Shown one piece after another: positions 50,028-62,130 of a stretch of 64,000 nucleotides of DNA (position 1 is its first letter; every line of letters starts with the position of its first letter). The stretch comes from Felis catus. Lineage: Eukaryota. The stretch spans positions 13,456,001 to 13,520,000 of the forward strand of contig NC_058383.1 of assembly GCF_018350175.1 (NCBI RefSeq), given 5' to 3'. A program made the position numbers and the translations under genes. The notes below the pieces were generated by a model. It searched no databases. It was not told where the DNA came from and saw only the letters and a list, made by a program, of their open reading frames with translations.

Positions 50028-50243
50028 AAAAAAATTTTTTTTAATGTTTTATTTAGTTTTGAGAGCAAGAGAGAGACGGAGTGTGAGTGGGAGGGGTAGA
50101 GAGAGGGAGACACAGAATCCAAAGCAGGCTCCAGGCTCTGAGCTTTAAGCACAGAGCCCGACGCGGGGCTAGAACCCACGAACTGTGAGATCATGACCTG
50201 AGCCGAAGTCGGACACTTAACCAACGAGCCACGCAGGCACCCC
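50028..50243 (-). mobile_element. CanSINE (SINEC_Fc)
   Basis: Antisense copy; TSD GAAATAAATGCATT. Confidence 0.96.
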
Positions 50244-52384
50244 GAAATAAATGCATTTTTGAAATACTTTTCTCTTTTCGTGTGTGCTAAACATGGACTC
50301 CATGAAACATTTCATGGCCAGGAAGTCCCTTTGGTCTTTGATGGTATGACAACATTGTTCTTTTATGAAAAGCAGCCGGCGAGATAGGTGTTTCTCCGTG
50401 TGCACATGCACCGGGCCGTGCGCGCTTGTGTACATGTTTGTAAGTGGTGCCGCAGCACGTGTGTTGTCCGTCACTGCTGTCTGCCTCAGTTTCCTGTTCT
50501 TAGAAGTTGTGATTCTACTCCCTGGTGGTTCCCAGGGTAGTGTACCTCAGTCTAGCCCTTGTTATGAAACACTAGCTCTAATACATTTTTAAATACTAAT
50601 TTTTCACAGACCAGCTACCTCTTCTGGGATAAAGGGTTAATATTATGCTTATGTTACAGTGCATTAAAAACTCTAATTAAAACAGCATTACATTCCCATC
50701 TGCCAATCTCCAGTAATCTTCTTTAATTGCAGTAATTAAACTATATTTACATGTTCAGAATACTTGTAATTTAGCAAATTGCACTCTCTGCTCTACATTT
50801 AATCAAACAACCAGTTCCAGTATATTTAGTGTGGAAAGAAGTAATTTCAATGTTTTGATTACTATAGCAGATTTGACAGAGTAAGTGCCCCTCTAGTAGA
50901 GGGCTTGAAAGGGAAGGCAAACATGAAATATAGTCATGGTTTTGATTGTCATGTGAATGCCTAATTACATGTTGGAGGATTAACTATTAAAGGGTATCAT
51001 GGTTGCACTTGATGTTTAGACACAGCCGATATTACAGATAGCACAGACTGTCTTTTAGGGAAATTTGACAAAGGGAACAAAGTTTTCTCCCAGCGACGGG
51101 AGATGGTTGGAAAAGTTAGTGAAAATGTTGCCTGGATCGTGTAATTGCTGTTGTGTCTCCTACCTGTGGTCCCCAAGTCTGTCATGCAAGATGCTCATTA
51201 TAGTCATCTGAGTTAAGAGTCCAGATGAAATTCGGTGAAGAGCAACACAGGGAAATGTTTATGAGGACACCAGTTCACGAGTGAGTCCCTGTGCGTTTCT
51301 GTCTCTCATATCCCGTCATTTCTGTCCAGGTTGGCCCTGGAGAAGACATTCAGCTTCCCGGAAAGGCCCACCTGTTTGCCAGACCATCCCATCTAACCCA
51401 TCTCCTCGCCCTCATCTTTGTTCCTCAGTTCCCTCGTTTGAAAACCAGAAATAGTAACATTATAAATATTGATTGTATTCTAAGGAATAACTTCTTAATC
51501 ACATTCAAAGTAGTTCATTAAATATTGCTTGTTACTGCTACTATTTAGCTACCCTGGTGTAATAGTTCCTGTTTCTCTGTCTGTATAAGTCTGACTAGGG
51601 AATTGGGTATTGCCATCAAATTCTCTGTTTTCCAAAACGACATGTCGACTTTTTCAGCATGTGAAGTCATCTTTTCTCTTCCAGTAGCTTGTTCTGATTA
51701 TGTGATGTTAACAGTACTCCCTGGGATTTGTCTGGGTCCTCATTTCTGGGCCGTCCCTTGTATTAGTAAGGATTATAGATTAATGAAAACGAGAAGACGG
51801 TCTAATGTTTGGGTTGCATACTGATGTTGAACCTTCCTTCTTGACCAGCGAAAAGAGCAAGCTACTGAATTGTTACAAATGATGCCTGCGAGTGAAGATC
51901 TGAGGTTTTGCCTCTTGCTCAGTTACTGGCTTGCTACAATGTTGCATACAATATTTCACTTCTTTAGGCCTCAGATTGGTAGAGATGGGGTAGAGATGGG
52001 GGCGAGGACTTTTTGTTGTGGTTGTTCTTTTTTGGTTCATGAAGGAGCCAAGATGAAAATGAAAGTCAAGATGAAAAATGAAAAGGAAAAGTGAGGCTTC
52101 ACACCGCTGTGGGAAGAGCCATTCAGTTCCAACTCAGCCCCACTTCTGTGTTACGTTATTGAGAATTTAACTTCTGACAAAAGTCTTGATGTCTTTTTTT
52201 CTTCCTACTGCTGACTTACAAAGAGATCCTGATTAATTGTCGATGGCTGCCTTTAAAAATAATACTGGGCGTAATTAAGCCTTATGGTGAAATCCAAAGC
52301 AAAATACTGCTGATAAGTACCTAAGTCCGTTTGAGTATGCTAGGGACACTCTGAAAGGAAAAGAGAAGTAATCTGAAGTCGAAG

Positions 52385-52500
52385 TACGGGACCTGCCAGG
52401 ACCTTTGCAATCCCGGTTCTATCACTTAGCTGTGTAATCTCAAGCAATACCTAATCTCCCTGGTATCTCATCTGTAAAATGGGGATAATAATACATGCAC
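52385..52500 (+). mobile_element. MIR core
   Basis: AATCCCGGTTCTATCACTTAGCTGTGT...CTCATCTGTAAAATGGGGATAATAATA. Confidence 0.75.
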
Positions 52501-54807
52501 CGGTGCTGTGCTATCAGTTTGTCTCTCCTTTTACCTCTAACATTTGTTCACATATGGGGACACACGCATGCACACACACCACTATTGTAACCTGAGAGCC
52601 TTTGGAATAATACATGATTTGAACATAAATACCAGAGTAATAATTTTTAAAGAATACTGCATAACTATCAGGAGAAATATGCACAAGGGGTGGAGTATAC
52701 CTAAAACTGAAATCTAGATTTTTCTCAAACCTTATTGTAAGCATTCGTGTGAGTGCTTTGCTCTGACAAGTCCTTTCTGACACTGTTAATAAAAGACGGG
52801 GTGGAAGGATCTGAATCCCAATACTTACTCCACACTCTCTACTTAGAGGTGCTAATGAACAGCCAAATAACCCCCCAAATGGCCCTTAATCCAAACCCCA
52901 TCAAGTCAAGTTATGAGTCCTTAAGGACAGACAATATGAAACCTACCTACCTGGAAGCGGGAATCCTTGCTTTCCAGAGGTTGTTCGGGAAGGGCGAGTT
53001 TAATTCTCATTCTTGATCCTCATTGGAAATTGAGGAATTCGTGCCAGCATCCTGTCAGCATCATGTCTTTGAACGTGTGAATCTTTGTCTTCTTGAAAAC
53101 TTTCTACCTTGACATAGGGAATGGGGACCCTAGATGCAGAGAGAATCTCTAGCATTTAATTCCAAAAACAGAAGTTCTGACATTTACATTTCTGCTAATT
53201 TCACACATCATCTTGCAGCATATAGGATCTGGGCTTCTGCCAAGAGGGCTGTAAACTTTTTTGGAAGAGTGCTTTTTTGGGAAGGGTGTTGAGCCGCGGA
53301 GGCATTTCTTTAGTGGACGTAATATGTGAATTATGTGAAACCCAGAGCTCTCCCCCGAACTTATTCTTCTAAGAAAACTTTGCTACAGCCCTTGTCCTAA
53401 CACTATGGCTGAATTCGTATTTTCCGATGTTGACTTGTACTGTCTACTGTTTACTATATAATGAGTTTATTGTACAGTGAGGGACTCTGATTTATTAGCT
53501 CTTCATTATTCTCATTCCGTCAGCTTCCTGATAAATGCTATAACCTTTGGCAGGGACGTGAGTCTCAATCAGGTGATATCATTGCTTTTTAATGAACTCT
53601 TCTTCTCAGAGTAACAACATTACATGTGAAATTCCTTATTCTGCATTATTAACGGGCCCGTAATAAAAGGCTCAAAGGCACTAAGAAGGTTGTGCTGAGA
53701 AATGGGGCAGAATTCATTACCAGCTCACTATTACACTGCTAGTTAACGGTCTTTGATGTCTATCATATTTACCCTTCTGAAATAGGAAGAAATCCTGGGT
53801 GGAACCCCAGTGAGCTGTAGAATGTGCAGGCATTTTGTAAATGTTGCCTCGGTTATTTAATGCCTAGCCCGACTGCCGGAATTTAACACAGTGACAACTT
53901 TCTCAGATGGAGCATGAAAAAAAAAAGTGGTATTTTACAACCTGAAAAGTTAAGCACTGAGATAGTTAGGGCCCAGCTCTCATTAGCTGAATGGTAGATT
54001 TTTCTAATTAGTTCTTTCTAGTGCAATTAGCAGGAAAGAGTCTAATCACCTCATGTGAAACCAGTCTGATGCTTGGAAAAGAATGCCCTTGGCTTCTCTT
54101 TCAGATTGGATCTTAGGATTTTTGGTTCACCTCTTACAGAATGGAGTCTGTTAGTGTTTATTTAAAACGTGAGCACAAATCTGTGGAAGGGGCAAGCGGT
54201 GGACAACTCATTGACTCAGGGTGTGGGTCCGGCTGGAGAAGGTGCTTAGAAATACTCCCTAGTTGGCAGTTACCAGGGCGTCACTTCAACCAAACAGTGT
54301 TTCCTTGATGCCTTTCATTTGAGATTGGAGACAAGGGCCTGGCATAGATAGAGGTGAGCATGGCTGCCTATCCTGGGGGATGCGACAGGCTGCCGGATTT
54401 CCCAGCCCCTGCGGACCTCCGGCTCCCCGTCAGTGTGTGCCAGTCTGTGCGCTCAGTGCTTCGTCTGTCCTTCCTCCCCTGCCTTGGAGTCCTTCTTAGG
54501 CACCACGTTTATTTATAAACTGTTCCCAAATTTCTAGTGGCCATGCGTCGCTTTGGGTCTCTTAAGTGAGCCAACTCGGGGTGTCTCAGCTGATAATGTT
54601 CATTTTTAACTGGAAGGGACACTCTAACGGCAGCATCTGGTCCCATAGCGTACAAACTATTTCCCCTTTTAGGGAAGGCACTTGCTTGCAAGAAGATGGG
54701 TGAGAATATGCTTGATGCGTGCATATTTATTATGAACTAAGGGTAAGAATGGGCATCATTGCTCTCTGGGCTATGGAGGCTAATCTGTGAGCTTCCATTG
54801 TCCGTGC

Positions 54808-54999
54808 CATCACTGTCCCGTAGACCTTGTATGGCAACAGAAGTGTTCTATACCTGCACGGTCCAGTACATGGGCACTGGATGGTGGCTGCTGAGCCCTT
54901 GAAGTGTGAGGCCAAAGAAAATTTAATTTTATTTAATTTTAATTAGTTTCACTTCAGATAGGTCCATGTGGCTAATGGCTACCATGTTGGACAGGGCGG
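54808..54999 (+). mobile_element. MER3 (hAT-Charlie MITE)
   Basis: TGTTCTATACCTGCAC...TTTAATTTTATTTAATTTTAATTA...CCATGTGGCTAATGGCTACCATGTTGGACAG. Confidence 0.8.
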
Positions 55000-55714
55000 T
55001 CAAGACCTTTCCTACCTCATAACCACCCTGCCCCCACTGACACACAGCTGCATCCTTAACAACAGAAGACATGCTGCCCTCTGCTCCCTCTTGCTACCCA
55101 TTCTCCTCAGCCTAGCCCTCAAACCAGCCAGACTTTTCTCGGTGCCGTTAGGAGTTCAACACAAGACATTTTTCTAGGCTTGTGTTCTCTGTGGATCATT
55201 CTGTATTGTACCAAGTCAGTGGTTTGTTCTAAAGTTGGGAAAGACTGTAGGTTTTAAAATAGCCAAAATACTGGTTTGTTTCTAAGAGGAGAGTGGGAGG
55301 AATCAAGCCAAGTTAAGCTCATTTATGGAGCCTTGCAAATTGCAAAGACAGGACCGTACCAAGCACCTCTCCAAACAGTATATGCAAATGGCTTTTGTAG
55401 ACTCCCGGTGATGTTTTAATTATAGTTAATTAAAGCAAACAGAAATGGAATATTTAATCATCTTTATCAATGATGTTTAACAAACATGTTAACTTTGCTC
55501 GTGGCAGCCAGGCCGCACTGGCGTGGATCTCTTCAGTTCACGCTGACGAGGCAAAGTTAGCAGCCTGGACAGACCTGTGCTATGAACCGTCTCGCTCTTT
55601 CTCCCACGATTGGAAGTCTCCTCTTGTTGCTTTGGACCCTGGAATTGATCCTAGTTAGAGGATAAAAGGAGGAACACTAAGGGTACGTGTTGAATAGAAC
55701 GCGCCTTCACGTAT

Positions 55715-56200
55715 CCAGCAAACATTTGTCGAACGCCGGCCGTGTGCTAGGAACTGTGTTGGTCCCTGGGGATGCCTAGATGGGGAGACACTGTGTGTCC
55801 CCACTGGATTGGAATGTCAAGCAGCTGCCACGTGCAGTTAGAGACAGGGCCCTGTGGTCGGTGTTGTAATAGAAATAGACACAAGGTGTTTGGTGGAGTC
55901 CAGAGGGGGAAAAGCAAAGTGGTGGCTTTAGGGGAGGCTTGTATGATGGAAACATGGAAGGGAAGTTTTGTATACATTCCTTTATTTATATGCATATAAG
56001 AGACACTCTTCAGGATTGGGGCAGGAATGAAGAGAAGGCAGGTCTTCCCTGAAGGGGAGTTTGATACAGTACAGGTCTGATGTGTGAAGTGACAACGTGT
56101 GTCTGGGGAACCACTGAGGCAGGGCCTGCTGCTGTCTGGTGTGGAATTGTGAGCACGCTGACAGTTGCCTCTGGAAAGGTAGCCCATCACACGATCCTGC
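55715..56200 (-). mobile_element. L2 fragment
   Basis: CAGCAAACATTTGTCGAACGCC...TGTGCTAGG...GGTCTTCCCTGAAGGGGAG. Confidence 0.55.
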
Positions 56201-56259
56201 AGGGGCGTTTATGGTGTGGGTGTTGTGGAGCATTAGAGATACTTGCTAAGTCTTAGGAA

Positions 56260-56436
56260 CAGGGCCAGGCGTGGGATGAGGCAAGAGAATTACCTAAGGT
56301 ACAAAATACAAAGAGAGGGGCATGCCTCTGTGGGGCAGGCAAGTTCCTGGTTGGTGTTTACACAGCCCTGAGAATGAGGCTCTCTTAAATTTTGTGCCCC
56401 GGGTACCTCACTTGCCTTACCCTAGTCCAGGCCCTG
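56260..56436. mobile_element. MER96 palindromic hAT-type MITE
   Basis: CAGGGCCAGGCGTGGGATGAGGCAAG...TACAAAAT pairs with AAATTTTGTGCCCC...CTCACTTGCCTTACCCTAGTCCAGGCCCTG. Confidence 0.8.
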
Positions 56437-58559
56437 AAACGTGACCCTGGTTTTTCTGCAGAGTGTAGGCTCACAAGGGAAGCGGGTGAGAATCTAGACC
56501 TAGGCAATGTTGGTAGGCAGGGCAGAGCAGAAATTAATGAGGCACATCTATAAGGTAAAGGCAAGAAAACCTAGTGACAACAAAAAGAAAATACGAAGCA
56601 TGAGAGAGAGGAACCTAACTGTCCTGTCACTGAATTCTGGGGATTTTCCTGTCGCCCGACACTGGGTTTTTTCTTAATTTCTCAGTTCCTGCCCGGTCAT
56701 AGGGTCACACCCAGTTCAAGTCCATCCCTCACCGATCTGCTAAGTCTGGTGCACTCGACCGTATTTTGAGAGAAGGCCATGCAAGCTGGAGCTTTTTAAA
56801 AAGTGTCTGACCTCAGATAGATCTGCTGTACTGGATGGTGTTAACACATTCAGAGAATTGCAGTCTTCCTGGCTTTCTAAATTCAGTGACCTTATTTTAA
56901 AAGATGATCAACATGGCTTAGAACCTTTTGAGGATTAGGAGACATTTTAGCAAGTTTATCAAGAATAAGCAAAGATGACATTTGGCTAGCAGTTACCCAC
57001 ACCCCCCCCAAAAAAAAAACCCCACAACATTTGTTTTGGAATGAAGCTTTTCCATTTGACAAGTTTAGAATTACCAGTGCTGCTCGAATCTCCCTCTGTT
57101 CTCCGAACTCTGTGCTGTTTTCAGGAGGGACTCTTGTTTTCGAAGGCGTCCGAGAATAAAGTTAAGTGGGAAAACATGGAAGAGGAGACGCCTTGGCTCC
57201 TCCGGCCGCCTGTGTCCTCCCCAGCATACGCTGCTCCTCGCCTCAGAGAAGTAGACAGGTGGCCATTTGCAAAGCGGGGTCTCATGTGCCTTTGACTCGG
57301 AGAGGTTTGGAAGCAAAGCCCTCTGTACTAGAAGCCTCTCACTGTTCGGTGAAGTCTTCTGGCCTTGCCCGTCCCGTTCCCCGCAGCCCAGAAGACTCCG
57401 TGGAGAGCGTGTGGTGTTCTGCCAAGGCTCGTTCTAGTAGAACCCTCATGCATCCAGCAGTTACTGGCATTGGCATCACATCGTCTCAGGGTTGGAGTAG
57501 TATCTGCAGGACACCTGTTCCGACGTCCATCTGGAAAGTGTCCCGCACACCCTCTCTCCAGGTGGCCGCCTGCCGTCACCTCCTGTGACGAGGGCTCACC
57601 GCCTCCTCAGTCGGCACCTGCCAGCCCTCGGTGGTGCTCATCGTGGGGCCTCCACGCTGTCCCCAGTCTTCTCTTCCGTGGCAGTTTCTCTGGCGGCACG
57701 TCATGCCTTCCAGCTGTTGTGGACGGCCGCCTAAAATCAGCTTCTCCAGGGAAACTCCCCGTTCAGCTCCCGATAGAGCCCTGCACCACGCGCCCTTCCT
57801 CCGTTGGGGCTCAGTGGCATTTCCCCAGCTCCCTTGAGCCACTGTCCCTTCCAAAACCTCTCGCTAGGAAAGGTAGACTCCACGTTTTGCTAAGAATTAT
57901 GAAACAACGTGAGTGGGTAGAGGTAAGGGGCTTAGTGTCTCAGAGAAGAGACAGAAGACCACACGCCTGCCCCCCGGCCATGTGACTGCGTGAAGCTGTC
58001 ACCTTCTGTGTAGCCAGGAAGTGTACGCCATCCCAATGCGTGTTCTCCTTCCTGGGCTGTCGCCTGGCTCTGCGCGTAACTGATGGTTGGGAGACCCGTC
58101 CCTTCTCCTTCCGGCCACGGAGAGTGCTGGTAATTCTTGACTCCATTTTGCCCTGAGCCTCAGTTCACAGAGCCGCTTCTGCCTGGACGGCTTCCCTGTG
58201 CCCTGGCAGTCACTTCGGACTCATCGAGGGGCCGCTGTCCCAGGACAGCTGAGCCTCCCTGGTGCCTCCCTCCCTCCCCCGGCTCATCTAGGTTTGAGCT
58301 GTGCCTTCACGAAGTCCTCTCTCGTACCTGTGTGTATCTCTGTCCCAGTCCATACAGCGTTGTGAAATTACCAGCCTGTCAGCAAGTCAGTTCTCAGCTG
58401 TCTGAGTAGTCACATGTTATAAACCAGCTTGTCCGGGGAAGGGAGACGAAAGTCCTTGGACGATTTTGGAGACGGGCTCACACTCGCTTACCTGGCCGCC
58501 TGTGCTGCAGTCACACTGATGGTGAGGATTCAACCGCCTCTTCCTCACATGAGCATGTT

Positions 58560-58680
58560 TCCTCACATGTTTTAGCATAAGGAAACTGAGTCCCCAGAAG
58601 CTAAAGGTAGCTTTGTAAGACCCCTCGCAGCTAGTTCTTGGCAAAACAAGATCATACATTCGGATCTGCCCGGTTTAAAT
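58560..58680 (-). mobile_element. MIR fragment
   Basis: AAGGAAACTGAGTCCCCAGAAG...CAGCTAGTT. Confidence 0.5.
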
Positions 58681-60190
58681 GAAATTTAATTCGGATCTTC
58701 CCCTTTAAATGAAATTGCCGAAAAGAATATCTGCTACGTGGCCCCGGAAATACCTTTTAATTTCCTCATACTAAACGCTTCGTGTGGTGTCTGCTGGCCC
58801 AGGACCCCGCCAGTCTCTCGAACTCGGCACGCACCAGGCAATTGCCACCCGGGAGTTCCAGCTCTGGGACCTCCGGGACGGTGGGCCGACGGGGTTTCGT
58901 CCCGCGACTTTGGCAGACTCTTTTCTGGGTTCCGAGTGTGTGTCCTACACCCATCATCCGGGGCCACAGTAGTCGGGAGGCACAGCAAAACTGGTTCTTA
59001 ATTAAGAACTTCTTTAGGACAAAAGCGGTTAGGTTACTAAGGGTCAAGAAGTAGTCTCAGCATTTCATAGTCGGTCAGTTCTTCTAAACGTGTGTGAGGC
59101 AGGTGCCGCCACTACCGTTCTCCATCTTCCAAGTGAACAGTCGGAGGCTTGAAGCGCCAAACAACTTGCCAGAGCAGATCCCAGGCCATCTGACTCCAGC
59201 CGCTGCTGTGGCTCCAGTGCCGGGGTGGTGACGTGGGGGGACCCGTAGCAGCCTGTGGGCTTCGTGATCTTGCGGCTTGGTCCACAGCAAGACAGACCAC
59301 AGTCAGCACTTGAATAACAGAATTTTGAGTGATTAAAGGAAAAGCCAGGATTTAGAGATGGAGGGTCGATTGTTAAAGTATAAATGGTATTTGGAACGTC
59401 TTACTGGATTTGATTAAAATGGAACTCCAAAACCATCACAGGGATGATTATTTACCAGTGGTACTTGAAGGACTTTTTTTGTGGCTTGAGTCATTGGCAC
59501 TTCAATGCTTAAAATCTCTGTGCTCAAAACCAGAATGCAATTGATCCTTAGAAAATCAGAGGTTAGTGCCTTCTTTGGCAAGCTGCTTCTGAGCTCTCTT
59601 ACACTGTAACATAATCACCCTTTGAAGACAGATCTTGTTTTATGGGTTTTTTTCCCCTCCCATGGTGCCTAGTATCTTGCCTTATACATAATAGATACTT
59701 TGAGACGTTTGACAGACAAATTATTTTATATGGCTTTAGGGGCTCTGAATTCAAGGAAGACTTGGCCTCTGAATGAAGTATATTAGCAAAGATTGCTTAA
59801 GCGCAAAAATCTCATTTTTTCTCGTAATCATCCGGATGTCAAGGCCCAGGTCCTAGTCCAAGTGTCCTACTTTGCCTCTATAGAGCTAGTATTTTCTGGA
59901 AGAGAAACCAAATATGAACCACTAGCAAGCCCTGGGACAGAGGCTGCAAGTCCTCTGTTGGCCACTAGCAAAAGTTGGACAAGGACAGAAGGGAACTAGT
60001 GTGGCTAGATCAGCATTTGTGCTTGAAAGAAGGCAAACTAGGGATTGAAGCTCATGGTCAGTGCTGGATGCTACAGAATCAAGACAATAGGGGAAGTGAA
60101 GGGGGAGACCCGGAATTGATGGGCCACATACACGCAAGCTGGATGGGATTAACTAGTAAGCAAGTTTCATGGGTCTTGAAGAGACCATTT

Positions 60191-60910
60191 AGTTGTTGTT
60201 GTTGTTGTTGTTTTAATGTTTATTTTTTATTTTACTTTATTTTTTAATATAGTTTATTGACAAATTGGTTTCCATACAACACCCAGGGCTCATGCCAACA
60301 AGTGCCCTCCTCAATGCCCATCACCCACTTTCCCCTCTCCCTACCCCCATCAACCCTCAGTTTGTTCTCAGTATCCAAGAGTCTCTTATGATTTGCCTCC
60401 CTCCCTCTCTGTAACATTTTTTTTCCCCTTCCTGTCCTCCCGGTCTTCTTTTAAGTTTCTCAAGATCCACCTATGAGTGAAAACATATGGTATCGGTCTT
60501 TCTCTGACAGACTTACTTCATTTAGCATAATACCTTCTAGTTCCATCCACATTGCTGCAAATGGCCAGATTTAATTCTTTCTCATTGTCAAGTAGTATTC
60601 CATTGTGTATATAAACCACATCTTCTTTATCCATTTGTCAGTCGTTGGACGTTTAGGCTCTTTCCATAATTTGGCTATTGTTGAAAGTGCTGCTGTAAAC
60701 ACATGTGCCCCTATGCATCAGCACTCCTGTATCCCTTGGATAAATTCCTAGCATTAATGTTTGTTTATTTTTGAGAGAGGGAAATAGAGGATACAAAGCT
60801 GTGCTGTGCTGACAGCAGGGAGCCCGATGTGGGACTCGAACTCACAAACCATGAGATCATGATGCGAGCCGAAGTGGGACGCTCAACCGACTGAGCCACC
60901 CAGGCTCTCC
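60191..60910 (-). mobile_element. CanSINE (body 60754-60910, tail 60191-60221) split by an L1
   Basis: Body ends GACTGAGCCACCCAGGCTCTCC; outer TSD AGACCATTT on both sides; the (GTT)n tail lies beyond the L1. Confidence 0.88.
60222..60753 (-). mobile_element. Feline L1 3' fragment nested in the SINE tail
   Basis: Same 3' UTR as the L1 at 22444 (CAAATTGGTTTCCATACAACACCCAG...); TSD TTAATGTTT at 60213-60221 / 60754-60762. Confidence 0.95.
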
Positions 60911-60934
60911 AAGACCATTTTGTTTTAAATAATG

Positions 60935-61155
60935 GTTTGTTGAGTGTTTCCTATATGTGAGGCACGATGCTAAGCATGTTACAAATATTTAATCCTCATA
61001 ATTGTGACATAAACAATACTCGTACTCCCACCTTAGAGATGATAAAACTGAGGAGCAAGGATTTTAAGGAACTTACCCCAAACATCAAGATCCCAGTCAT
61101 CAGTCTAGACAGCCTACCTGTAGAGATGATGCTCCTGACCCTTGGACTGTGCCGT
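60935..61155 (-). mobile_element. MIR
   Basis: TTGAGTGTTTCCTATATGTGAGGCAC...ATTTAATCCTCATAA...GATAAAACTGAGG. Confidence 0.7.
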
Positions 61156-61433
61156 TTGTCTTGGTTGTCAGGAGGCTCTGAGAACCCCTCCCTCTGACAG
61201 TGTCAGCCCAGGACCTACCTTGACCACATGACCTGACAACATCCATCAGTCCGGTGACTTTTTAACCTGAATCTTTGGCTGCCTGTATGCATTGCTCTTT
61301 TCCTAGAGTATAAACCCCCTGAGTGCACAGAGTCTGTCTCCTTCATCTGTGCTTTTCAGTTTTTGTTCAAAGGAGGCCTCTAGGTTGGTTGGTTGGTTGG
61401 TTTTTCTAGGTAGCCCTCAATTTGAGTTACTCT

Positions 61434-61663
61434 TTATGTTTTTTTTAATGTTTATTTTTGGGAGATAGACAGGGCGGGGCGGGGGGGGTGGTGGGGATAG
61501 GCAGGCAAAGAGAGAGGGAGACACAGAATCCAAAGCAGGCTCCAGGCTCCAGGCTCTGAACCTATCAGCACAGAGCCCGACACGGGACTCGAACCCACAA
61601 AGCACAGGATCATGACCTGGCCCGGAGTCAGACACTCAACTGACTGAGCCACCCAGGTGCCCC
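61434..61663 (-). mobile_element. CanSINE (SINEC_Fc)
   Basis: Antisense copy; TSD TCAATTTGAGTTA(C/T)TCT (61417-61433 / 61664-61680). Confidence 0.96.
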
Positions 61664-61764
61664 TCAATTTGAGTTATTCTATCAGCCACCGAGATCTTCT
61701 CTGTTGTTTCTTGGTCCAAGGATTGAGTCGACAGCAACACGAGGTAGCAGAGATCCCAACAGTG

Positions 61765-62130
61765 TTCATCAAACATATACTGAGTGCCTCCTGTATTCCA
61801 GGCCTGAACACACAGAAGTACCCAGGACAGACAATACCTTCTTAGAACTTATGCTACAGTAAAGAAGCACGTGCAGTAAGCACAAGCGTGGGGTGTACTG
61901 TTTAGAAAAACAACAGCAGCAGCAAAGGCCAAGAGGCTGTGATGGAGAACGATGGAGATGCAGGGCGGGGTGGGACCTACTTTAGAGCGGGTTGGCTTGG
62001 AGATTCCTCCTGGAGGATGTGATGTTCCAAGCTGACACCTAAAGAGACTTAGGGGTGAGAATGGGAAGGCCAGAGGGCAGCACCTTTTAGGCAAAGGAAA
62101 CCGCACGTGCAGAGGCTGATGTTGGAGGGG
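61765..62130 (-). mobile_element. L2 fragment
   Basis: TTCATCAAACATATACTGAGTGCCTCCTGTATTCCAGGC...GGAGGATGTGATGTTCCAAGCTGA...GGCAAAGGAAAC. Confidence 0.7.

Noticed and set aside
57166..57985. Overlapping 140-206 aa Pro/Ser/Arg-rich ORFs
   Set aside because: Expected from high GC content; no recognisable homology or splice structure.
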